Origin: Bryobacterales bacterium
GTDB lineage: Bacteria; Acidobacteriota; Terriglobia; Bryobacterales; Bryobacteraceae
Direction of reading: 5' to 3'
DNA length: 64,000 nucleotides
NCBI GenBank assembly: GCA_963795935.1
Contig: CAWCJO010000023.1
Coordinates: 33,688 to 97,687, forward strand
Below are positions 10,490 to 20,124 of this stretch, in pieces; the first letter of the stretch is position 1, and every line of letters begins with the position of its first letter. The notes under the pieces are model-generated. The model was not told the DNA's origin, ran no database searches, and worked only from the letters and a program-made list of their open reading frames with translations. The position numbers and the translations under genes are program-made.

Positions 10490-11236
10490 TTATTTTCGCT
10501 CAAGAGAGGACTGAGCGTCGCGGCGGCCCTGTTCGATCCACTTTTCGGCATTGAAACGCGACCAGTACAGCGTGTCGCGGCCGTTTCCGAGAAGCCCTTC
10601 AGGCGCGATTTCGAGAATTTCGATGTCTTCGGGGACGATGGGACGGAAGCGCGACAACGACCGGACGACGCGGACGAAAGTTTTGGGGATGAGGCCCGGG
10701 AGCAGCGCGAGGGCATTGACTGCGACGATGCGCTCGGCTCCGAGCTCGGCAGCGGCCCAAATCGGCAGGGCGGAAAGGAGGCCGCCATCGGAATAGGTCT
10801 TTCCATTGACGCGCACCTGTTCGAAAAGCCCGAAGATGGCCGTGGTGGCCTTGAGCAGTTCCGCCGTGACTTCGTCGTTTCGAAAGATGCGGGGGCGGAG
10901 GCGGGCCAGTTCGGTGACGACGACGGCGTAGTCGATGCGCGGACGGTAGGACGCATAGATCTCCTCGATTTGCTTCATGAGGGGAGCGCAGTCGAGGATT
11001 CCGCCGTGAAAGGCGCGAGGGCGCTGCCAGCGGTACGCGGCGGCGCAATCGAGGTTCAGCCAGCGATGGATCAATTCCTGGGGCGCGCAGCCTCCGGCAA
11101 TGGCCCAGCCGTTGATGGCGCCGATGGAAGCGCCGACGACCAGGTCGGGTTTGAAGCAATCGGAGAGGATGGACCATGCGCCCGCCTGATACGCTCCGAA
11201 CATGCCTCCGGCGGAAAGGACCAGCGCGGTCTTCAA
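10490..11236 (-). CDS. Patatin-like phospholipase
   Basis: Oxyanion motif LVLSAGGMFGAYQAG, GxSxG nucleophile motif GASIG, and a DGG catalytic Asp region (YSDGGL). Confidence 0.8.
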   Translation of the reverse strand: MKTALVLSAGGMFGAYQAGAWSILSDCFKPDLVVGASIGAINGWAIAGGCAPQELIHRWLNLDCAAAYRWQRPRAFHGGILDCAPLMKQIEEIYASYRPRIDYAVVVTELARLRPRIFRNDEVTAELLKATTAIFGLFEQVRVNGKTYSDGGLLSALPIWAAAELGAERIVAVNALALLPGLIPKTFVRVVRSLSRFRPIVPEDIEILEIAPEGLLGNGRDTLYWSRFNAEKWIEQGRRDAQSSLERK

Positions 11237-12192
11237 GCTTGCGGCTCCCCGGCGGCGCGGGGCCGGAGGCGGGGGCCGGTTTTGAGGATGTCGACGGGAA
11301 TGAGGTCATACTTCGCGAGCGTATGGCCTGCGAAAAATACTTCCGCGATAAGACCTCTTTGCGTTTCCGGGCGCTGAAACTGATCGAAGACGAGGTTGCC
11401 GAGGGAGTAGAAGATGACGCCGCCGCCGTACTCCTCAAACGGTTGAACAACGTGCGGATGATGGCCGACGACTATCGTCGCGCCGGCATCGATGGCGGCG
11501 TGGGCGAACTGGCGCTGGCGATCGTTGGGCGTGGGCTTGTACTCGGTTCCGGCGTGCATCGAAACGATCGCTATATCGGCGCGCTTCAAGAGCCCCGCAA
11601 TGTCCAGGGCGGCGCGGGCGGGATCGAGCATGGCGATGCGGTCGTCGGCGTCTTTATAGTTGCCGTTCGATTGATCGAAGGTGTAGGCGAGGAAACCGAA
11701 GCGGATTCCATGGCGTTCGAGGACGGCGCCGGCGTGGGCGGCCTGGGGGGTCGCCGCGGCGCCTACGGCGGCGATGCCGTTTTTGGAAAGCCAATCGAGG
11801 GTGAAGGTCACTCCGTAAGCTCCGCAATCGCGGGCGTGGTTGTTGGCGGTCGAAACGATGTCGATGCCGGCCAACTTGAGGGCCGCGATCATGTCCGGAG
11901 CGGTTTTGAAGACTAAGCCGGCCGGGGGCGGCTTGACGCGGTCGGAGAAGGGGGCTTCGAGATTGACGAATGCAATGTCGGCGGCGGCGAAGACGGGGGC
12001 GATCTCGCGCATCGGACCGGCGGGATCGCGATTGGCGTGGGCGACGGCGCCGACATAGCGCGACAGCATGACGTCGCCGCCGAACAGCAGGCGGTTGAGG
12101 GGAGGGATGGGGGGAGCGGACTCGAAGCGGCCGGCTACCCGGGGAAGCAACCAGAGGGCCGGGAGCGCGAGAAATGTGCGACGCTGAATCAT
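11233..12192 (-). CDS. CapA / PGA_cap family calcineurin-like metallophosphoesterase
   Basis: Secretion signal, then GDVMLSR...NLE....ANNH...MH.G.E....VVGHHPHV, the typical CapA metallophosphatase motif series. Its stop overlaps the patatin start by 4 bp. Confidence 0.75.
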   Translation of the reverse strand: MIQRRTFLALPALWLLPRVAGRFESAPPIPPLNRLLFGGDVMLSRYVGAVAHANRDPAGPMREIAPVFAAADIAFVNLEAPFSDRVKPPPAGLVFKTAPDMIAALKLAGIDIVSTANNHARDCGAYGVTFTLDWLSKNGIAAVGAAATPQAAHAGAVLERHGIRFGFLAYTFDQSNGNYKDADDRIAMLDPARAALDIAGLLKRADIAIVSMHAGTEYKPTPNDRQRQFAHAAIDAGATIVVGHHPHVVQPFEEYGGGVIFYSLGNLVFDQFQRPETQRGLIAEVFFAGHTLAKYDLIPVDILKTGPRLRPRAAGEPQA

Positions 12193-12217
12193 CGACTAAT
12201 TACAGGTTAACGAACGC

Positions 12218-14325
12218 GTGCTTCGAGGTAGATTGCTTATCGCCGCCGCGCTGTGCTCCCCGGGGTGGGCGCAAGCGGTGAATTTGCAGGGCCATGTTCG
12301 GAGGCTTGACGGAGATACGGCATCGGCGATGGATGGGGCGGGAAATGTGTACAGTTACCGGGTATACGACATCATCCAATTTTCCCGTGACCGTGGGGGC
12401 GTTTCAGCAGAGTTCCATTCCCGCTCAATGCGGTTTTGTTCCCGGAAAACGGCTTTCCTGGCTCGCCGATTCCCTGCCCCCCGGATTCGCCGCCAAGATC
12501 GATCCCAGCGGCACGCGCCTGGTTTATGCGACCTATCTCGGCGGTGAACAGGAAGACGATGCGAAGGCCATTGCTGTGGACGACTCCGGCAACGCCTATA
12601 TCACGGGAAGTACCAGTTCGATGGCGTTTCCGGTCACGCCGGGAGCGTGGCAGACGGGATTGGGAAGCGAACTTTTCAACGGCTTCATAACCAAATTGAA
12701 TGCGGCGGGCAGCGGTTTGGTTTTTTCGACCTATTTGCCGGGTGGAGAGGGGGACGCGGTCGCGGTAGACGGCGCGGGGGACGTGTTCGTTGCTGGCACT
12801 GCGTCTGGCGCCACATTTCCGGCCACGCCGGGGGCGTTTCAAACAATCGCATCCTGGGGCATGAGGACGCCTTTGTTCTGAAGTTGAACGCGGCCGGGAG
12901 CAGCTGATCTATGCCACCTTACTAGGCGGGTCGTTGGCGGACATAACGAGCGCACTCGCGATCGATGCGGCGGGAAACGAATACGTGGCGGGGATCACGG
13001 CATCTGTTCCGGCCAACGCGCATCTTGTGACCGACAGTTTCACCTCGTTTCCGGTTACCCGGGGGCGGTAGATGGATCGGGGATCGTCGCGGACGGCTTC
13101 GTCGCCAAAGTGAATCCGCTTGGGGACGGCGCTGGTGTAATCGGCCGTGTTCGGCGGGAGCGGAGACGATGGTGTTCTAGCGCTGGCGGTCGATGCGGCT
13201 GGCGACGCGTATTTTCCGGTTATATGCGAAGGTCGATTTTCCCGTCACCGCGGGCGCATGGCGCGCCGCTATGGCCCTGGCTTCGCGGGAAAGCTGAACA
13301 GCCATGGGTCCGAGTTGGCCATTTGAGCTACCTCAGCGGTGCGATTAAATTGCCGTGGATAGCGCGGGCGACGCTCTCGTCACGGGGAGCACCTGGATGC
13401 CTCGGATATTGCGACGACGCCAAACGCGAACATGCCCTGTTTTCCTTAAATCCGGTCCGGGCGATACTAGCAAACCATCATCGTGCGGCTCAATGCGACC
13501 GGCACGGGACCCCTCTATTCCTCGTATGCAGCAGGCGCGGTAGTTGCAGCGGATGCATCGGAATCTATTGGCCAGCGTTCGGCGATCCCGGAATCAAATC
13601 ATGGCTCCGATCGCGCCGAGGATTCGATTGCGCGGTGACCGCCGCTCAGCGTATCGCGAAGGTGCGATTCGCAGGAGGAGATCTTGTCTTGATTCGCGCG
13701 ATCCTGGGCCGGAACAGGCGGCGGGGGCCTGAAGTCGAAGCTCCGCCAAGTGGCGAGGACGCTCGAGAACACGCCGTCTGATCGGCGGGGCGGCGGCTCC
13801 GTTGCTGTAGGTTCCCCCAGCCAGATCAACCGTCACGCTGTTTGAGATCACGGGGCAGACGCAGACGGCCATACGTTCAAATCGACACGGCGCGCAGGGC
13901 TGCCGCCATTTCAGACGCAGGTCGCGGCTGCATACCGGGGATTTCCGTTCGATGGCACGGGCTAGGGCAGGCGATGGCGTTGAACCAGGACGGGACGGTC
14001 AACTCGGCGGCGAATCCGGCGGCGCCGGGGTCGGTGGTGAAGCCTCTTCGTTAAGGGAGCGGGCGCCATGACGCCTACGCCCGAGGATGGATCGATTCCC
14101 GCGGCTTCGCTGCGAAAGCTCGGAACGATAAGCCTGAACATGATCGGCGCGCCCTTCGGGGTGCAACTGCAATATGTGGGGGACGCCCCGGGGTTGGTGG
14201 AGGGCCATGGGCAAATCATACCGTGTTATCTGGTCAGTTATCAACCGGGACCGCAGGATGTGGGTCTGTCGGTGGGCAACGCGGGCGTGCCGGTCGGGCT
14301 GAACGTAACGGTTTTTGTTCAATAA
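12218..14325 (+). pseudogene. Decayed SBBP beta-propeller-repeat protein with a Solibacter-type C-terminal domain (Soli_cterm / TIGR03437-like). Many frameshifts and stops.
   Basis: Fragments in all three frames carry SBBP-repeat signatures (YATYLGG..DDAKAIAVDDSGNAYITGSTSS..FPVTPGA; LIYATLLGGSLADITSALAIDAAGNEYVAG). The C-terminal pieces QAMALNQDGTVNSAANPAAPGSVV and GAPFGVQLQYVGDAPGLVEGHGQIIP...VGNAGVPVGLNVTVFVQ match the Soli_cterm pattern. No single frame is open for more than ~200 aa. Confidence 0.6.
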
Positions 14326-14343
14326 CGCGCGGGGACATCGCGA

Positions 14344-14838
14344 TCATGCGTGGCGGGCTCTGGCGAGGGCCGGGGTGAGTACCCATTTCAATTCGCCGTG
14401 CGGTTGCGCTTCCAGCTTGTCCATGGAGATGCGGACGAGCGCGCCTTTTTTCAGGTCGAATTTCAGATTGGGCACGGCGAGGAGATAGGCGGCGAGGCGC
14501 GAAAGTTGCGGCTCATGCCCGACCAGGACGAGCTGCCGGGATGCGGCGTGGGAGCGCACTTCTTTCCAGACCTGCTCCGGGCGGACGTTGGGTAACAGGG
14601 CCTTGGTTTCAGAGAGCGGCGGCACGGGATCGAATGCCGCGGCGGCGATGTTGGCCGTTTCGAGAGCGCGCGCGTAAGGACTGGTCAGGATAATATCCGG
14701 CGCGACTTTGGCGCGCCGTGCCAAGCGCGCCACGCGATCGACGTCGCGGCGGCCCTTTGGAGTCAGCTTGCGGTCCGCCTCGGCGATATTCTTGCCGCGC
14801 GGCTCGGCCTCTCCGTGGCGCAGGACGTAGATATCCAT
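14344..14838 (-). CDS. sixA: Phosphohistidine phosphatase SixA (histidine phosphatase superfamily)
   Basis: N-terminal LRHGEA (RHG catalytic motif). Size ~160 aa. Adjacent to the CHAD and Ppx genes. Confidence 0.75.
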   Translation of the reverse strand: MDIYVLRHGEAEPRGKNIAEADRKLTPKGRRDVDRVARLARRAKVAPDIILTSPYARALETANIAAAAFDPVPPLSETKALLPNVRPEQVWKEVRSHAASRQLVLVGHEPQLSRLAAYLLAVPNLKFDLKKGALVRISMDKLEAQPHGELKWVLTPALARARHA

Positions 14839-15672
14839 TCAGGCGACCCGCCGCGCCGTGAGGCCGCTGAAATAGCGGACCCAGGCATCTTTTTCGCGCG
14901 CGCCGAGCGTTTTGCGCCAATAGCGGCGAAAGGCCGCGGTATTCTTGACGGCCAGTCGTTCAAGATATTCGACGACATCGCCGGCAATGGCCCGATGGCT
15001 CTTTCGATACTTCTCGAGAAGCTTAGCCGTCGTAATGGAGTCGTTGATATCTCCGAGCCGCTTCTGGACATTGCGAAGCGCATGCAGGCGCGGCGCCAAG
15101 GCCGGTCCGTAATCGGATGCGAAGAGCTCCATCGTGTAGCGGAATTTCTTGCCCTGGACGCGAAACTTGTGCAGTTTGCCGTAGCCGGCGGCGGGGTTGG
15201 CGGCGGCTTCGCCGGCGTCGAAGAACTCCGCCGCCAGTTGGGGCAGGATGGTTCCGGCGTACTCGAGCGCTTGCCGGGGAACGTCGTTTTTCGGCCGCTC
15301 CAGGCGCCAACCCTTCAGCGCGGCCCCGTTATCCAGTTTGTGCAGCGCCCGCCGAAACTCCGCCGCCGCGCCACGCCGATCGCTTCGAAGCTCCCGGGCT
15401 AAACCGCCGGCGCCGCGCATCCCTGAATTTTTCAGAAGCTTGATCGCGATATCGAAATCGCGGACTTCCCCCGCGGCGCGGAGTACTTTGTGGACCTTGC
15501 GGGCGATCTTGCGGGTCGCGCGGGCCGGCAGCAGCGGACCGCAAACATCAAGGCATTGCAGCAGCCGGCGTATGGCGACGCGGACATCGTGGATGGCGCC
15601 GGCGTCCGGATTGCGCGCCGCCGCGGCCAATTCCCGCGCGGCCCGATCAAGCAGATCCGAAGGGGATTTCAT
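14839..15672 (-). CDS. CHAD domain protein
   Basis: The helical ~270-aa protein has IHDVRVAIRRLL and the conserved His/Arg pattern of CHAD domains. Classic position next to ppx. Confidence 0.7.
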   Translation of the reverse strand: MKSPSDLLDRAARELAAAARNPDAGAIHDVRVAIRRLLQCLDVCGPLLPARATRKIARKVHKVLRAAGEVRDFDIAIKLLKNSGMRGAGGLARELRSDRRGAAAEFRRALHKLDNGAALKGWRLERPKNDVPRQALEYAGTILPQLAAEFFDAGEAAANPAAGYGKLHKFRVQGKKFRYTMELFASDYGPALAPRLHALRNVQKRLGDINDSITTAKLLEKYRKSHRAIAGDVVEYLERLAVKNTAAFRRYWRKTLGAREKDAWVRYFSGLTARRVA

Positions 15673-17201
15673 GGCTTAGCCGTTTCAACGAGCAGGCCGC
15701 GTTCGTAGACCTGTTGGAAAATATCGGCGACCCGCTCAGCGGCCCACTTTTCGAGCTTGACGTCGGATTCCGAGCGCAGCGCCACGAAAAGCGAGCCGTT
15801 CCGCAAGCTGCAATCTATGGCGCTCACGCGCTGCTCGTGGGTTTGGTCGAGCGCCGCCGAGAGACGCAGCAGCGGGGTGAGCAGCAGGACGGCGCGCTTG
15901 GCCTCGGCGTCGAGCGCGTGAAAGTCGGGGTGCGATGGCGCGGGCATTCCTTTGCGGTGATAACGGCAAAGACTGGCGAGAATATTTCGCTCTCGTTCGG
16001 TAAAACCCGGCAGATCGGAGTTCGCGACGAGGTATGAGGAATGGCGATGATGCCGCGTGTCGCTGACAAAATGGCCGATATCGTAGAGATACGCGGCCGC
16101 TTCGAGCAGCTCGCCGTAGTGCGGTGGGAGGCGGTGAAGCGTTGAGGTGGCATCGAAAAGCTGCGATGCGATGCGAGCGACCTTGCGTGCGTGCGCCAAG
16201 TCGACGGCGTAGCGCCGGGCCATGCCCAATGCGACCTCGCGCCGGTCCGCATCGAGGCGCGTGGGCGTTTTCCCGACGCCGCGGCGGGCCAGATCGGCGA
16301 TAATGCCGTCGCGCAGGCCGGCGGCCGAGTAGTACAGGCGAGGAAGGCGCAGCTCGCGCATGATGTGCAGGAGAACGGCCGCGCCGGGCACGATGATTTC
16401 GGCGCGGCGCGGACCGATTCCGGCGATTTTGCGGCGGCCTTCCAAATCGCGGCTGGAAACCTTGCCGTAGAAGGCGCGCACCTGCGCAAGCGAAGCGCGG
16501 AGCCGGTCGGCCTTGTCGCGCTTGGAGCGATGAACGCCGTTAACAGCCGACATTAGGGCGGCGGCGGTACCGGAGGTGGCCACCGCGCGATCGTAAGATT
16601 TCGGCTTGAGGCGGGAGACGACGGATTCGAGGCGCTGCTCGATGTATTCGCGCAATTGCGCGAGCTCCAGCTTTTGCGGCGGCTCCGATTTGAGAAAAAC
16701 CTCCTTCATGCGGAGCGCTCCGATTTTCTTCGAGAACGCTTCGGCGAGATGTCCGTTTTCACCCACAATCACCTCGGCGCTGCCGCCGCCGACGTCGATC
16801 ACCAGCAGCCTTCCTTTGAGCAGAGGCCAGCGCGACTGCACGCCCAGGTAAATCAACCGCGCTTCCTCAAGGCCGGAGACGACTTCCACGCTCGCGCCGA
16901 GGACATCGGAGGCGCGGCGGAGGAACTCGTCTTTATTGGCCGCATCGCGAAGCGCGCTCGTGCCCACGGCGCGGACGGCGACGGCATTTACGGCGCGGTA
17001 CTTTTCCGCCATGGATGCGAGCACGTTGCAGGCAAAGTCGATCGAGGCGGGGCTGAGGCGGCCGGTGCGGAAAACGCTTTCGCCGAGCCGCGTCACCTGG
17101 CGTTCGGAGGCAAGTATTTCGACGGGGCCATCGGGGGCGGCTTCGGCGGCTTCCATTCGAATGGAGTTGGAACCGATGTCGACGGCCGCATAACAAGGCA
17201 C
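15669..17201 (-). CDS. ppx: Exopolyphosphatase / guanosine pentaphosphate phosphohydrolase (Ppx/GppA)
   Basis: AAVDIGSNSIRM N-terminus (ASKHA fold), DVGGGSAE, and a C-terminal HD-like region (YLYDIGHFVS..HHRHSSYLV). Size ~510 aa. Confidence 0.85.
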   Translation of the reverse strand: MPCYAAVDIGSNSIRMEAAEAAPDGPVEILASERQVTRLGESVFRTGRLSPASIDFACNVLASMAEKYRAVNAVAVRAVGTSALRDAANKDEFLRRASDVLGASVEVVSGLEEARLIYLGVQSRWPLLKGRLLVIDVGGGSAEVIVGENGHLAEAFSKKIGALRMKEVFLKSEPPQKLELAQLREYIEQRLESVVSRLKPKSYDRAVATSGTAAALMSAVNGVHRSKRDKADRLRASLAQVRAFYGKVSSRDLEGRRKIAGIGPRRAEIIVPGAAVLLHIMRELRLPRLYYSAAGLRDGIIADLARRGVGKTPTRLDADRREVALGMARRYAVDLAHARKVARIASQLFDATSTLHRLPPHYGELLEAAAYLYDIGHFVSDTRHHRHSSYLVANSDLPGFTERERNILASLCRYHRKGMPAPSHPDFHALDAEAKRAVLLLTPLLRLSAALDQTHEQRVSAIDCSLRNGSLFVALRSESDVKLEKWAAERVADIFQQVYERGLLVETAKP

Positions 17202-17256
17202 GATTTCATGATAGAGAATCGGAATCGGCGCGCTTGGAGCGGCGGCCCCGGGATTG

Positions 17257-17613
17257 TTAAGCGGCGGATTCTTCCGTCTCTATGCGGCTGCCGGCGGCTA
17301 TGTTGACCAGGATGACCCCGTTCTCGACGCGCGTGGGATAAATGGCCACGCAGCCGGGGCGGGAGGCAGCGACAGGGGCGCCGGTTTCAAGATCGAATTT
17401 CCAGCCGTGCAGCGGGCAGACCACCACGCGGCCGGAAACGATGCCGTCGCACAACGGGCCGCCCTGGTGCGGGCAGGCGTTGTCGATAGCGAGGAAGCGG
17501 TCTCCGAGATTGAAGATGGCAATCTCCACGCCGCCCGCGGTTACCGCCCGGCCCTCGCGCAAAGGGACATTTTCGGTTCTCGTGATGCGTACCCAACCGC
17601 TCGCGGGGATCAT
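17257..17613 (-). CDS. nirD: Nitrite reductase small subunit NirD (Rieske-type)
   Basis: CPHQGGPL...CPLHGWKF Rieske motifs. Size 118 aa. ATGA overlap with the upstream nirB. Confidence 0.8.
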   Translation of the reverse strand: MIPASGWVRITRTENVPLREGRAVTAGGVEIAIFNLGDRFLAIDNACPHQGGPLCDGIVSGRVVVCPLHGWKFDLETGAPVAASRPGCVAIYPTRVENGVILVNIAAGSRIETEESAA

Positions 17614-20033
17614 GCGAAGGCGTTCTCCAGCGGTTCGATCTGAACGAACTGAGTGGGATTGACGGGGGCTTCGCGCTCGAGCCAGGCATCTTTGGCGAGA
17701 GCCTTCGAGCGCTCCAAACGTTCGAGAAGTTTCAACTGCTCGGGCTCCGTCGCATACACCGTTTCCTTGCGGATCTTCTCGATGCCGAGGCGCTCGACGA
17801 AATCGTACGTGCGTTCGAGATAAATGGCGTTTTCACGGTAATACTCAAAGAATAATTCAGCGGCGCGGATGGCGTCCGCCGTGGTTTCGACGGTGAGCAG
17901 CAGAGCGGCCTTGCGAACTTTCTTGCCAGCGGCGCCGCCAACGACCACTTGCCAGCTTCCCTCCTGCCCCACGAGCCCGATGTCTTTCACGGTCGCTTCA
18001 GCGCAGTTGCGGGGGCAGCCGACGGCGCCCATTTTGACCTTGTGAGGGGTGTAGAGATTTTCCAGGCGCCGCTCCAGCTCGATGCCGGCGGCGGTGGAGT
18101 CCTGCACGCCGAAGCGGCAGAATTCCGTGCCCACGCAGGTCTTCACCATGCGAACGCCCTTGGTATAAGCCTGGCCGGAGGGCATGCCGAGGTCCGCCCA
18201 TATTTTTGGGAGATCCGATTTGCTTACGCCCAGCAGGTCGATGCGCTGGCTGCCGGTGATCTTGATCATGGGGACGTTGTACTTTTCGGCGACATCGGCG
18301 ATACGGCGCAACTCGGCGGCCGAAGTGACGCCTCCGCGAATCCGCGGCACCACCGAAAAAGTGCCATCGCGCTGGATGTTGGCGTGGACGCGATCGTTGA
18401 TGAAGCGCGCGGAGCGATCCTCCTCGTGATCGCCGCACCAGACCATGTCGAGCAGGTAGCTTAGCGCCGGCTTGCAAACTTCGCACCCCTTGCGGTTGCC
18501 ATAGACATTTAGGACTTCCTGCACCGATTTCAACTTCTGGCTGAGCAGAATCTCGCGGAGCTGCTCGTAAGAGAATGGGAAACAGGCGCACAGCGTGGTG
18601 CGGGGCTCTTCTTCGAATTGCGGGGTGACGGCGCGAAGCAATTGCTCGCATAGGGCGGTGCAGCTTCCGCAGCCGGTGGAGGCGCGGGTGCACTCCTTGA
18701 GCTGCGCAAGGGTGTTTACGCCGCGCTCGTGAATTGCATGGATGATGTCACCCTTGCCGACGCCGTGGCAACCGCAGACGATTTCGCTGTCGGCGATTTC
18801 GGCCACGTCGAGTCCGGGGTCTTCGGTAGTTTCGGGAAAGAGAAGGCGGCGGCGCTGCTTTGTGAGATCGAGGCCGTTCCTCAGCCAGTCCATGTAGCGG
18901 TGACTGTCGGAGGCGTCGCCCACCAGGATGATGCCGGTCAGCTTACCGTCCGTGAGCAGCAGCTTTTTGTAGATACCGAGAGACGGCGTCTTCGTAATGG
19001 ACGATCTCTGTTTCGGCGGCCGATGCGGGGCTATTCTCCGCGAGATCGCCGGCTGAGAAAACGTCCACGCCCATGATCTTCAGCTTGGACGCGGGCGCGG
19101 CGCCTTCGAATGTCAGGCCGCGATTGCCGGTGATGGCGGCGGCCAACACCTTGCCCTGCTCGATCAGCGGCGCTATCAGGCCGTAACAGACGCCGCGGTG
19201 TTCGACGCACTCTCCGACCGCGAAGATGTTCGGCTGCGACGTTTCCATGTAGTCGTCCACGACGATGCCGCGATTAACTTTGAGACCGGCGCGGCGAGCT
19301 AAGTCCACGTTGGGCCGAATGCCCGCCGCAATCACGACGAGGTCCGCCGCGATCCGCTCGCCATCGGCGAACTGGATGGCTTCCACGCAGTCGTGGCCCA
19401 GGATCGCCGATGTTCCACGGCTCAACAGTACGCGGATGCCTAAGCGCTCCATCTTGCGCTTGAGATAGCTTCCGGCGGTGAAATCAAGTTGCCGCTCCAT
19501 GAGCGTGTCGAGCAGGTGGACGATAGTAACGTCGCATCCCTGAATCTGGAGCCCGCGGGCCGCTTCCAAGCCCAGCAGCCCTCCGCCGATGACGACGGCT
19601 TTTACGCCCGGACGCGAGCGTTCGAGAAGACTGCGCGCATCGTCGATATTGCGGAAGGTCAGGACGCCGTTTTTATCCGCGCCGGCGATGGGAGGGATAA
19701 AAGCCGAGCTGCCGGTGGCAAGCAGCAGCTTGTCGATAACTAGTTACGCCGCCATCGTCGCCCGTGACCGTTTTGGTTTCCGCGATCGACTTCTACAACA
19801 CGCACGCCGAGACGCAGGGCGATGCGATGTTTGCGGTACCAGTCGAGCGGATGGAGAGTAATCTCATCGAGCGATTTTTCGCCGGCCAGTACCGAGGATA
19901 GAAGTATGCGGTTGTAATTGGGATGGGTTTCATCGCCGAAGATCGTAATTTCAAACTTCCGCGCATGCTTGAGGATTTGTTCCACGCAAGCGACGCCCGC
20001 CATTCCATTGCCGGCTACAACCAGACGCTGCAT
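17610..20033 (-). pseudogene. nirB: Assimilatory nitrite reductase large subunit NirB, disrupted by at least three +1 insertions (near 18940, 19733 and 19780)
   Basis: Three consecutive ORFs in different frames cover it: an N-terminal FAD/NAD part (VVAGNGMAG...), a middle part (IDKLLLATGSSAFIPPIAG...VVIGGGLLGLEAA, readable only after a one-base correction), and a C-terminal part with BFD-like TGCGSCT and siroheme/4Fe-4S Cys motifs (CVGTEFCRFG...AVGCPRNCAEA). Confidence 0.75.
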
Positions 20034-20124
20034 AAGATAATTCGTATCTCGATTAGGACTTACGAGGTCCGCTGCGGGAGCAGAGAGCTACCCCGGCTCA
20101 TCTGCTTGTTACAACAACGATAAG

